Of a stretch of 63,912 nucleotides of DNA, positions 19,330-28,267 are shown in pieces (positions within the stretch are counted from its first letter, which is position 1; every line of letters begins with the position of its first letter). The translations under genes and the position numbers were made by a program. The notes under the pieces are model-generated. The model was not told where the DNA came from and did not search any database. It saw nothing but the letters and a program-made list of their open reading frames with translations. The stretch covers positions 1 through 63,912 of the forward strand of contig CBFCZU010000002.1 in NCBI GenBank assembly GCA_965602635.1, in the 5' to 3' direction. The DNA comes from an uncultured Planctomycetales bacterium (lineage in GTDB: Bacteria; Planctomycetota; Phycisphaerae; SM23-33).

Positions 19330-21384
19330 ATGGCTGAGAAACGCGAAGATTCGTCGGCTCCGGCTGATCGGGGAACTGCTCGGGAGAACGGCCCGCCGCC
19401 GTGGGCGGAGAAGCTTCTCGGCCACGCCGGGCGCGTGTTCATGGTCGGCTTCGGCCTGTTCTGGCTGAGCGGGGTCGGCATCGCATTCGCCTTCATAGGC
19501 CAGATGATCCACGACGAGCTGCGCAAGGCCCTGGCCTACCGCCCCACCGCCGCCGTCATCACCAAGTACACCCCGCCCAAGACCGAGGTTGACGAGTTCG
19601 ACGAGGCCACGACCACGCCGGGGCTCATCGAATACGCCTACAGCGTCGCCGGCAAGCCCCGCGCCGGTAAGTACCGCCAGGGCCGGAGGTCCAACGAGTA
19701 TAGCCGGGCGCTCGCCGGACCCCAGAAGGTCGGGCGGAAGATCACCGCTTACTACGACCCCCGGGAGCCCGGCAAGAACACCCTCGACCCCGTGGCGGAC
19801 CCGGCCCTGCTTTGCTTTGTGATCTTCATGATGCCCTTCCTGGCCGTGGGTCTGACGATGATCTACGGGGGGCTGACGGGCATGGGCCCGAAGCTGCGGG
19901 TCGCCCGCGGACGCAAGGGCGGCATAAGCATCCGCGGAGGCGGCGCGTTCCTGGGCAGCTACTTCATACTTTCGGCGGTCCTTGCCTTCGGCTTCTTCGT
20001 ACTCGCGGCACCGCTGTCCTGGCAGGCGGCGTGGCTGGTGGGGCTCGCCTTGCTGATAGCTATCCCCCTGGCGAGCTGGCGGATCGCGCGGTTCGCCGCA
20101 AGGCGGGCCCAGCTCAAGGCCACCCCCGAGCCCCCTGCCCCACCGGCCGAGGCCCAGCCGGCGCCCGCCGCCGGTGAGCTGCCCAAGAGTCTATGGTCGC
20201 CGCGCAAGAAGCTGCTCTTCCTCATCGGCGGCACGATCTTCTGGTGCGGCCTCACGGGCGTCTTCGTTGGCATCGTCGTCCACGCCTTCGTCAAGCAGGG
20301 CTACGCCAAGCGGAACTTCCTGGCCACCACGGGCGAGGTCATCGCCAGCAAGGTCGATCGCGACGAGGGCGACTCAGACTCCGGGCCGACGTATTCGCCG
20401 CTGATCAAGTACCGCTACAGCGTCAACGGAACGGATTACACCTCCAAGCGCTACACCTACGGCGCCGCCTCGACAAGTGACCGCGGCTACGCCGCCGGCG
20501 TCGTCGCCCGCTACCCGAAGGGCAAGCGCATCACGGTCTATTACGACCCGGCCCATCCTGCCGAGTCGGTCCTGTCGGTGGAGGTGCCGGGGTTCTACCA
20601 CCTCATGATCCTGTTCCTCCAGCCGTTCGTGGTCGCCGGCCTGGGGCTGATAGCCTCATGCTTCTACCTGCCTCTGGTGTGGCGGCGCGATCGGGCCTTC
20701 CTCCAGTCGCGGGCCCAGGTGCCGTGGGAGATCCCCACCTGGGGCGTGCTGCGGCACGAGATGGGCGGGCTGACCATCAAGCCCAAGCGCAGGCCGGTGG
20801 CCGTCCTGCTGGCCGCGGCTGGGGCGTACTGGGTGGTCTGTCTCGTGAGCACTGTTCTGCTGGCCTTCATGTACGAAGTCGCGGCCCTCTCGCTCGGGCA
20901 GGTCTGGGCCATCGTTGCGGTCGCGGCTGGCGTGGGCCTGCTTGCGGGCGTCGTGGCCTTGACCCGAGGCAGGCGGGACCGGCTGCACGTGGACCGTATG
21001 CTTGGCCGGGTGACCGTGACCTGCAAGAAGCAGACGACGGAGCTTGCCTTCGACCAGGTCCGGTCCTGGGCCCTGGGCCCCAGCCTGGAGAAGCGTACGA
21101 CCGAGCAGTCAGGGCGAACGACGAACGTTATTCACGCCCCCGAGCTGGCCTTGCTGACCGCCGACGAGAAGCAGGTCAAGGTCCACACCTTCGGCGCCGG
21201 CCAGGGCGCCTGGCGGATCGCCGCCCGGGCGGTCGAGGGCCTGGCCGAGCTTACCGGTAAGCCCTTCGAGATCGTCACCGCCTCGCCGGACGAGGCGCAG
21301 GACGGCCCGCGGAGCCTGGGCGAGGCCGTGGGAATGCTGCGCGAAAGGCTTTCCGGCGACGAGAACGCGGACAATCCGGACTGA
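19330..21384 (+). CDS. polytopic membrane protein with two DUF3592-like modules
   Basis: Two copies of the pattern TM, beta-module ending ...ITAYYDPREPGKNTLDP / ...ITVYYDPAHPAESVLS, then TM pair. The C-terminal soluble domain is unassigned. Starts 31 nt after the NtrC-like gene. Confidence 0.7.
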   Translation: MAEKREDSSAPADRGTARENGPPPWAEKLLGHAGRVFMVGFGLFWLSGVGIAFAFIGQMIHDELRKALAYRPTAAVITKYTPPKTEVDEFDEATTTPGLIEYAYSVAGKPRAGKYRQGRRSNEYSRALAGPQKVGRKITAYYDPREPGKNTLDPVADPALLCFVIFMMPFLAVGLTMIYGGLTGMGPKLRVARGRKGGISIRGGGAFLGSYFILSAVLAFGFFVLAAPLSWQAAWLVGLALLIAIPLASWRIARFAARRAQLKATPEPPAPPAEAQPAPAAGELPKSLWSPRKKLLFLIGGTIFWCGLTGVFVGIVVHAFVKQGYAKRNFLATTGEVIASKVDRDEGDSDSGPTYSPLIKYRYSVNGTDYTSKRYTYGAASTSDRGYAAGVVARYPKGKRITVYYDPAHPAESVLSVEVPGFYHLMILFLQPFVVAGLGLIASCFYLPLVWRRDRAFLQSRAQVPWEIPTWGVLRHEMGGLTIKPKRRPVAVLLAAAGAYWVVCLVSTVLLAFMYEVAALSLGQVWAIVAVAAGVGLLAGVVALTRGRRDRLHVDRMLGRVTVTCKKQTTELAFDQVRSWALGPSLEKRTTEQSGRTTNVIHAPELALLTADEKQVKVHTFGAGQGAWRIAARAVEGLAELTGKPFEIVTASPDEAQDGPRSLGEAVGMLRERLSGDENADNPD

Positions 21385-21462
21385 CCGGCGGCAAGGGCTT
21401 TTGACTCCCGGCCGGGGGCGAATACAATGGCCCCGAGTGATCCCGCGGCCGGAGAGGTCCCC

Positions 21463-23277
21463 ATGCCCGAGATTCGACTGCTCCCCAGACACCTGGTCAA
21501 CAAGATCGCGGCCGGCGAGGTGATCGAGCGCCCGGCGAGCGTGGTCAAGGAGCTGGTCGAGAACTCGCTCGACGCCGGCGCGACGGAGATCGACGTGACG
21601 GTCGACGAGGGCGGGCGGCGGCTGATCCGCGTCCGCGACAACGGCGCCGGCATGGGGGCGGAGGACCTGGCCCTGGCGTTCGCCTCGCACACCACCAGCA
21701 AGATCGCCGACGAGGACGACCTGTTCAACATCTGCACGATGGGCTTCCGCGGGGAGGCGCTGGCGTCGATCGCGTCGGTCTCGCACGCCCACATCCTCAG
21801 CCGCCCTCGGGGCGGGGCGGAGGACACCGGCCATGAGATGCGCGTCTCCGGCGACGAGGCCGAGCCTGTCCAGCCTGCGGCGGCGCCGGAGGGCACCACC
21901 GTCACCATCCGCGACCTGTTCTTCAACACGCCGGCGCGGCGGAAGTTCATGCGGACGGTCAACACCGAGTTCGGCCACGTGGTGGAGCGCCTTGCCCGGC
22001 TCGCCCTGCCCCACCGCCAGGTGGCCTTCACCCTGACCCACAACGGGCGGACCACCCATCGTCTGCCGTCCGCCGAATCGCTCCGCCAGCGGGCGGGCGA
22101 TTTCCTCGGCGCCGCCCTCGCCGAAACCTTCATCGAATTCGCCAGCGACGAAGGCTCGGTCCGCATCAGCGGGCTCATCGCCCCCCCGGCGGCGGCGCGG
22201 GCCTCGGCCAGGTGGCAGTACTTCTTCGTCAACCGGCGTCACGTCCGCGACCGCCTGCTGGCCCACGCCCTGCGCGAGGCCTTCCGGGGGCTGCTCGAGC
22301 AGGGGCGCTCGCCGGTGGCGCTGGTCTTCCTGGAGATCGAGCCGGCCGCGGTTGACGTGAACGTTCACCCGGCGAAGGTCGAGGTCCGCTTCCGGCAGGG
22401 GCAGTTGATTCATTCGCAGTTGCTGGGGGTGCTGCGGGAGACGCTCAACAAGGCCGACCTGGCCCCGCGTGTCGCCATCGACGCGGGCGCGGGCGACGAG
22501 CCTCCCGAGCCGGACGACGATCGCCGCCGGTCGCTCAAGCAGGCCCTGGCGGAATTCTTCAAGTCCACTCCGCCGCCGCAGCGCCGCCTGGAGTACCCCG
22601 CCCCGCCGGCCCGTGCCGAGTCGCGCGGGACTTCCTTCCCGCCGGCGGCGCCTGTGCCCGAGCCGCCAGGGCCGACAAGCCCGGCCGCCGAGGCCCCCGC
22701 CCCGCGCGTCGCCGCCATCCAGATACACAACAGCTACATCGTCGCCGCCACCGAGGAAGGCCTGGCAATCATCGACCAGCACGCCCTCCACGAGCGGATC
22801 CTCTTCGAGGAGCTGACCCGCCGCCTGGCCGAGGGGAGCCTGCTCTCCCAGCGGCTGCTGATCCCCGAGAGCGTGGAGCTGGGCGAGGCGGAAAAGGCCG
22901 CCCTCGCCGACCGGGCCGAGCTGCTCGAGCGCCTGGGGATCGAGGTAGGCGAGTTCGGCCCCGGCAGTGTGGCGATCCACCGCTTCCCCTCCCTGCTGGC
23001 CGAGCGGAAGGTGCCGGCCGTCGCCTTCCTGCGGGACCTGCTGGACGTCCTCGCCGAGAGCGCCTCGGCCGACGGCGCGGAGCTGCTGGAGCGGGTGCTT
23101 GCGACGATGGCCTGCAAGGCGGCAGTCAAGGCCGGCGACCCGCTCACCGCGGAGGAGATCGAAGCGCTGCTGGGCAGGCGCGTCGCCGCCGAGCGGAGCA
23201 GCTCCTGCCCCCACGGCCGGCCGACCGTGCTGAAGCTCTCGCTGGCCGAGCTTGACAAGCAGTTCAAACGCACCTGA
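21463..23277 (+). CDS. mutL: DNA mismatch repair protein MutL
   Basis: MPEIRLLPRHLVNKIAAGEVIERPASVVKELVENSLDAGAT (GHKL ATPase N-terminus) and a C-terminal dimerisation domain with ACKAAVKAGD. GGAGAGG lies 5 nt upstream of the ATG at 21463. An alternative ATG is at 21427. Confidence 0.94.
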   Translation: MPEIRLLPRHLVNKIAAGEVIERPASVVKELVENSLDAGATEIDVTVDEGGRRLIRVRDNGAGMGAEDLALAFASHTTSKIADEDDLFNICTMGFRGEALASIASVSHAHILSRPRGGAEDTGHEMRVSGDEAEPVQPAAAPEGTTVTIRDLFFNTPARRKFMRTVNTEFGHVVERLARLALPHRQVAFTLTHNGRTTHRLPSAESLRQRAGDFLGAALAETFIEFASDEGSVRISGLIAPPAAARASARWQYFFVNRRHVRDRLLAHALREAFRGLLEQGRSPVALVFLEIEPAAVDVNVHPAKVEVRFRQGQLIHSQLLGVLRETLNKADLAPRVAIDAGAGDEPPEPDDDRRRSLKQALAEFFKSTPPPQRRLEYPAPPARAESRGTSFPPAAPVPEPPGPTSPAAEAPAPRVAAIQIHNSYIVAATEEGLAIIDQHALHERILFEELTRRLAEGSLLSQRLLIPESVELGEAEKAALADRAELLERLGIEVGEFGPGSVAIHRFPSLLAERKVPAVAFLRDLLDVLAESASADGAELLERVLATMACKAAVKAGDPLTAEEIEALLGRRVAAERSSSCPHGRPTVLKLSLAELDKQFKRT

Positions 23278-23383
23278 GACCCCCGGCGCGAGGGACAAAA
23301 GCGACGTTGCATCCGCCGCCGCTTCGTGTAAACTGTACCGCCGAATCGAAACTACCTGGGACCACTTGGGAAAGGATTCTGGC

Positions 23384-24331
23384 ATGAAGTCAAAGGCATT
23401 GGGCTTCTGTGCGTTGCTCGCCTGCTGCGGGCTGCTCGGCGGCTGCACCGTTGACCAGTACGCCAGGATGCTCATCAAGCAGAACACCAGCTACGGCAAG
23501 ATCAACGAGGCGATGGTCGGCTCGTCGGAGCAGTTGCAGGAGCAGGGGGCCATCTTCGCCGGGCGGCGGTACACCATGCCCGACAAGGTCGAGATCGACG
23601 TATGGGTCCTGAAGGCCTCCCCCAAGGCCGCTCCCCAGGGCACGGTGCTGGCGATCCACGGGCTATGCGACGCGAAGGTCACCTACCTGAAGCTGGCGAA
23701 GATGCTCACCGAGAAGGGCTTCAACGTGGTGCTGCCCGACCTCCGCGCCCACGGCCGCAGCACCGGGCGGTACGTCACCTACGGCGCGCTGGAAAAACAC
23801 GACCAGCGGCGCGTGATCGACGCGCTATACGAAGAGAAGATCGTCTCGGGTCGGCTGCTGGTCTTCGGCGTCAGCCTGGGCGGCTCGGTGGCCATTCAGT
23901 ATGCGGCCATCGATCCCCGGGTCCAGGGCGTGATGGCCATGGCCCCGCTGAAAGACCTCAAGTCCGTCTCCCGCAAGCTCATCAACGCCCCGTTCATGAG
24001 CGAGGAGGACCTCCAGACGGTGCTCATCCGAGCCGGGGAGATGGGCAAGTTCGACCCGCAGACGGCCTCGGCCCTAAAGGCCATCGCCACTGTCCGCTGC
24101 CCGGTGCTGCTGGTCCACGGCAAGCTGGACACGATGGTCCCCCACACCGACAGCGAGGAGCTGAAGAAGGCCGCGGGCGGGCCGGCGGAGCTGGAGCTGA
24201 TTCCCTGGGCCGGCCATATCGGAATGCTGTTCGGCAGGGAGTCCAAGATCGTCGCCAGCCTCGAGAAGCTGGCCTCGGGATCTGTAGAGGCTCCGGAGGA
24301 CAAGAAAGAGGGCGAGGAGAAGACGGACTGA
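23384..24331 (+). CDS. alpha/beta hydrolase lipoprotein
   Basis: Signal peptide with lipobox MKSKALGFCALLACCGLLGGC. Nucleophile elbow GVSLGG. HG motif (AIHGLCD). Confidence 0.85.
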   Translation: MKSKALGFCALLACCGLLGGCTVDQYARMLIKQNTSYGKINEAMVGSSEQLQEQGAIFAGRRYTMPDKVEIDVWVLKASPKAAPQGTVLAIHGLCDAKVTYLKLAKMLTEKGFNVVLPDLRAHGRSTGRYVTYGALEKHDQRRVIDALYEEKIVSGRLLVFGVSLGGSVAIQYAAIDPRVQGVMAMAPLKDLKSVSRKLINAPFMSEEDLQTVLIRAGEMGKFDPQTASALKAIATVRCPVLLVHGKLDTMVPHTDSEELKKAAGGPAELELIPWAGHIGMLFGRESKIVASLEKLASGSVEAPEDKKEGEEKTD

Positions 24332-24343
24332 CCGGCCCGGCGG

Positions 24344-25225
24344 TCAGCACCCCACGCCGGCGGCGCGTGCCTGTCGGTCGGCCTGGTAGCTGCTGCGGAC
24401 GAGCGGGGCGCAGGCAGCCGCGTCAAAGCCCATGCCCTCCGCCTGCCTGCGATACTGCTCGAACCCATCCGGATGAACGTACCGCGTCACCGGCAGGTGC
24501 CGCCTGGACGGGCGCAGGTACTGCCCTATCGTCACGATCCGCACGCCGGCGGACCGGAGGCGCTCCAGGACGCCGAGTACCTCGTCGTCGGTCTCTCCCA
24601 GCCCGACCATCAGCCCGCTCTTGGTGACCAGGCCGTCGTCGGCCGCCCAGCGCAACAGCCGCAGCGACCGCCCGAAGTCCGCCTCGGGTCGGACCACGCC
24701 GTGGAGCCGGGGCACCGTCTCGACGTTGTGGGCGAGCACGTCCGCACGGGCCGCGAAGACAGTCTTGCAGTCGGCCAGGCGGCCGAGGAAGTCCGGCACC
24801 AGGGCCTCCACGGTAGCGTCGCCGCAGCGTCGGCGGACGGCGGAAATGGTCTCGGCCCATATGCCCGCCCCGCCGTCGGGCAGGTCGTCGCGGGTGACAG
24901 AGGTGATGACGACGTGGGCGAGGCCCATCGCCGCGGCGGCCTGGGCCACCCGCGGGGGTTCGTCGCCGTCGGGCGGGAGGCAGCCGCCGCTCGGCACGCC
25001 GCAGAAGCGGCAGTCGCGGCTGCACCGCCCGCCGAGAATCATCAGTGTGGCCACGCCCGCCGACCAGCACTCCCCCACGTTCGGGCACCCGGCCGAGGAG
25101 CACACCGTCTCCAGCCGCTGCGCCGAGACGACCTGCCTCACCCGCTCACAGGCGGCGCCCCGCGGCGGGCGCACGCGAAGCCACCGGGGCTTGGCCACGC
25201 CGCTGGCTGTCGTCGGATGGTCCAT
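24344..25225 (-). CDS. lipA: lipoyl synthase
   Basis: CPNVGECW and radical-SAM motif CSRDCRFCGV. The ATG at 25225 shares one base with the E2 stop (TGATG). A GTG at 25228 is an alternative start. Confidence 0.94.
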   Translation of the reverse strand: MDHPTTASGVAKPRWLRVRPPRGAACERVRQVVSAQRLETVCSSAGCPNVGECWSAGVATLMILGGRCSRDCRFCGVPSGGCLPPDGDEPPRVAQAAAAMGLAHVVITSVTRDDLPDGGAGIWAETISAVRRRCGDATVEALVPDFLGRLADCKTVFAARADVLAHNVETVPRLHGVVRPEADFGRSLRLLRWAADDGLVTKSGLMVGLGETDDEVLGVLERLRSAGVRIVTIGQYLRPSRRHLPVTRYVHPDGFEQYRRQAEGMGFDAAACAPLVRSSYQADRQARAAGVGC

Positions 25226-26226
25226 CACTTCAGCACGGCTGCGGGCTGCTCCACGATGTTCTTCTGGAGGGTCTGCATGAACTCCGCCGCCACCGCCCCG
25301 TCGATCGCCCGATGATCCACCGAGATGGTAAGGGCCACCCGGTGGCCCATGGCGACCTCGCCGTTGCGGATGACCGGCTCGCTGCGGATCGTCCCCACCG
25401 CCAGGATGCCCACCTGGGGCGGCAAGATCAGGGCCGTAAAGTCGCGCACGCCGAAGCTCCCCAGCGACGAGACCGAGAAGGTCCCCACCTCCATGTCCTC
25501 GTGGGGGAGCCTGCGGTGGCGGGCGGCCTCGATAACCTCGTCGATCGACCTGGACACCTCCGACAGTGACCTGTTGGAGACGTCCCTGATGATCGGCATG
25601 ACCACCCCGCCGGGCACGCCCACGGCCAGGTTGATGTCGGTCGAGGCGTACTCGTGGATCGCGCCGTCAACGAGCGTGGCGTTGATCCGGGGGTGCTCGA
25701 CAAGCGCCGCGGCCACGCACTTGAGCATCATCGCGTTGATGTTCACGTGGCGGGTCTCGGGGTCGCGCTTGAGCCGCCTGCGAATGGCCAGGAAGCTCTC
25801 CACGTCGCAGTCCACGGTGACGTGGAACTGCGGGATCTCCCTGGACGAGCGGACCACGCGTCGCGAGACGGCCCCGCGCATCCCGGTCAGCGGCACGGTC
25901 CGCAGGACGTTCTCGGCCACGTGAGGGGCAGCGCCCCTCGGCCTGACCGCGCCGGCGTAGCGCTGGCGAACCTCATCGACGTCCTCGCCCTCGCCCGCCA
26001 GCACCGCCACCAGAGCCCCCACCGGCACGGCGGCGTCTTCGGCCACTGCCTGGACGGCCAGCACGCCCGCCGCGGGGGCATCCAGCTCCACGACGGCCTT
26101 GTCGGTCTCCACGGCAACCACAACCTGCCCCGCCTCGGCCCGCTCGCCCTCGGCCAGCCGCCATTCGACGACCACGCCGTCGGACGGCTCCGACGAAACG
26201 CCAGGCATGGTGATCTCTATCGGCAT
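25225..26226 (-). CDS. 2-oxoacid dehydrogenase E2-type acyltransferase (lipoyl domain plus catalytic domain, no subunit-binding domain seen)
   Basis: Lipoyl-lysine motif VETDKAVVEL. Catalytic motif SVDHRAIDGAVAAEF. Only about 30 aa separate the two domains. Confidence 0.85.
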   Translation of the reverse strand: MPIEITMPGVSSEPSDGVVVEWRLAEGERAEAGQVVVAVETDKAVVELDAPAAGVLAVQAVAEDAAVPVGALVAVLAGEGEDVDEVRQRYAGAVRPRGAAPHVAENVLRTVPLTGMRGAVSRRVVRSSREIPQFHVTVDCDVESFLAIRRRLKRDPETRHVNINAMMLKCVAAALVEHPRINATLVDGAIHEYASTDINLAVGVPGGVVMPIIRDVSNRSLSEVSRSIDEVIEAARHRRLPHEDMEVGTFSVSSLGSFGVRDFTALILPPQVGILAVGTIRSEPVIRNGEVAMGHRVALTISVDHRAIDGAVAAEFMQTLQKNIVEQPAAVLK

Positions 26227-26250
26227 CGACTCACTCCTGCTGTTCCGCTC

Positions 26251-27363
26251 TCACGTCACGCAGCCCAGAATGGCATGGATGTCCTCTTGTGTCACTGTCC
26301 TGGGGTTGGCCTTCAGCGAGCCGGAGGTCAGCGACTCGGCCGCGATCTCCTCGAAGTCGCCGGCGCTGAGCCCGAACGCCGAAAGCGTGCCAGGCAGCTC
26401 CAGCCTGCGAAGCAGCCACTCGGCGCAGCTGGCCGGGTCCTCGGCGAATATGCCGTGGAGAACCTCGTACTTCTCCCTGGCTGCCTCGCGGTTGAACCAC
26501 AGCACGTGCGGCAGCAGGGCCGCACACACCACGCCATGCCGAAGATGATACCTGTAACCCACGGCGTGGGCCATGCCGTGAACCGCCCCCAGCCGGGCGT
26601 TGGCAAGCGCCATGCCCGCCAGCAGCGACCCGTAGGACATTGCCTCAGCCGCGGGCCGGTCGGCGCGGTTGCCGAACGCCGCCAGGATGTTCAGCCATAT
26701 CAGCTCGGCCGCGTGCAAGGCGAGCGAATCGGTCAGCGGCGTCGCCCAGCGCGACATGTAGCTCTCGATCGCCTGGGTCAGGGCGTCCATGCCCGCCGAG
26801 GCCATGACGTCCGGCGGGCAGGAGTTGGTCAAGTCCGGATCGACAATGGCCACCGCCGGCATCAGCGTGGGCCCGCGGATGCTCTGCTTGAGCGACCGGT
26901 CGGGGTCGATCAGCACGCTGTTGGGTGTGACCTCCGCTCCCGTCCCCGCCGTGGTGGGTACGGCGATGCAGGGGACGTTCTCGGCCGACACCGGGCGGTC
27001 GGAGTAATACGCGGCCGTGGGCGCGAGCTCCCGGGCGAGCGCGGCGACGGCCTTGCCGACGTCAATGGCCGAGCCCCCGCCGGCCGCCACCACCAGGTCG
27101 CACGATTCGCCGGTCAGGGCTTCGCGGGCCAGGTCAACCGTCCCGACGGACGGCTCCGGCTCGACCCGCTCGAAGAGCGTCACCTCGAGGCCGGCGGCGT
27201 CCAGCAGCTCGACCAGGCGGTCCGTCGTGCCGGCCTGTCGCAGCGCCTGCCGCCCGGTCACGAGCAGCGCACGGGAACCCAGGCCCGCGGCCGCCTCGCC
27301 CAACTGCTCGACGCACCCGTGCCCGGTGATGATCCGCTCCGCCGTTGTGAAACTCGCCGCCAT
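26251..27363 (-). CDS. iron-containing alcohol dehydrogenase family protein
   Basis: From MAASFTTAERIITGHGCVEQLG: GGGSAIDVGKA and metal-site histidines in AVHGMAHAVGYRYHLRHGV. Start at the ATG at 27363. Stops 24 nt before the E2 start, with a GGAG between them. Confidence 0.87.
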   Translation of the reverse strand: MAASFTTAERIITGHGCVEQLGEAAAGLGSRALLVTGRQALRQAGTTDRLVELLDAAGLEVTLFERVEPEPSVGTVDLAREALTGESCDLVVAAGGGSAIDVGKAVAALARELAPTAAYYSDRPVSAENVPCIAVPTTAGTGAEVTPNSVLIDPDRSLKQSIRGPTLMPAVAIVDPDLTNSCPPDVMASAGMDALTQAIESYMSRWATPLTDSLALHAAELIWLNILAAFGNRADRPAAEAMSYGSLLAGMALANARLGAVHGMAHAVGYRYHLRHGVVCAALLPHVLWFNREAAREKYEVLHGIFAEDPASCAEWLLRRLELPGTLSAFGLSAGDFEEIAAESLTSGSLKANPRTVTQEDIHAILGCVT

Positions 27364-27448
27364 GGCCCCAAGAGCATAGGGACAGCCCCGCCGCTTGGCC
27401 AGTGGCAGTTGCCTCGATCTACCGGCCGCCGAATCGCTAACAACCTGC

Positions 27449-27477
27449 TGGTCAAAGGCCCGCCGGGCCGATATAAT
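27449..27477 (+). promoter_or_regulatory. sigma-70-like promoter for ssrA (TGGTCA, 17-nt spacer, TATAAT)
   Basis: Perfect -10 TATAAT at 27472-27477, about 20 nt upstream of the mature tmRNA 5' end. Confidence 0.5.
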
Positions 27478-27496
27478 ACGGAGTGACACCATCGTC

Positions 27497-27849
27497 GGGG
27501 GCGAATTGGATTCGACCGGACGAGTTGAGGTGTCGGTGGCGTGCCCAGGTTCCAGGAGGCCTGGTTAAACCCCTGGAAAACCATAGTTGTCAACCACAAC
27601 TATGCAATGGCCGCCTAATTAGGCGACCCGCCCTGCGGGCCCTTGCCTGCGGAGCTTGCAGGGCGAAAACCAGCAGGCTGGCCGTCGCGGAGTGGCCCGG
27701 TTACCGCGTCGGCGAGATCAGGTCGGGCTGGCCGCGGTTGGAGCCTGTCGCTCGGGCACCGGCCGGGGCGAGACACTAAACAGCGACTACGCACGTAGAA
27801 GCCGGCACTGAAACGTCACGGGACGCGGGTTCGATTCCCGCCGCCTCCA
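27497..27849 (+). ncRNA. ssrA: transfer-messenger RNA (tmRNA)
   Basis: 5' GGGGGCGAATTGGATTCGAC. 3' GGACGCGGGTTCGATTCCCGCCGCCTCCA. The acceptor stem pairs GGGGGCG with CGCCTCC, including the G3:U alanine identity pair. Tag frame GTC AAC CAC AAC TAT GCA ATG GCC GCC TAA at 27589-27618. CCA is not encoded. Confidence 0.92.
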
Positions 27850-27887
27850 TTCTGCATAGCCCGGCCTGGAGGCCGGGCTATGCAGAA
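27850..27887 (+). terminator. perfect 17-bp hairpin immediately after ssrA
   Basis: ttctgcatagcccggcc-tgga-ggccgggctatgcagaa. Two shorter GC hairpins follow, ending at 27932. No U-tract. Confidence 0.5.
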
Positions 27888-28267
27888 TGCCCCGGCGAAG
27901 TCCCGAGGCATCGGGACGAAGCCGGGCTTCGTTTCGGGGAACAAAGGGGAGGAGCAAAGGGGGACACGCTCTTTGTTTTGGCCCTGTCGGCGGCGTGGGG
28001 CAAGGTCTGTGCATCCAAGAACAGGGTGAGCATGGACGGGTGGAATCTGCTGTCAGGGTCTCAACCGCGGCAACGCCCGAGCGGAGGTTTTCCACGACGA
28101 CACCGCGCTGGCCGAGTTGCTGGCCCGGGCGAGGCCGGGACGGTCCCCGGATAGAGCCGATGCCCCACCCGCGCATCGCGCGGCAGCAGAAGAGGGCGCC
28201 CGCGCCAGGGATCAGCAGCAGTGCCGAGGCGGCCTTGCCGCGCCGCAGCGGGGCCCGATCGCACCAA

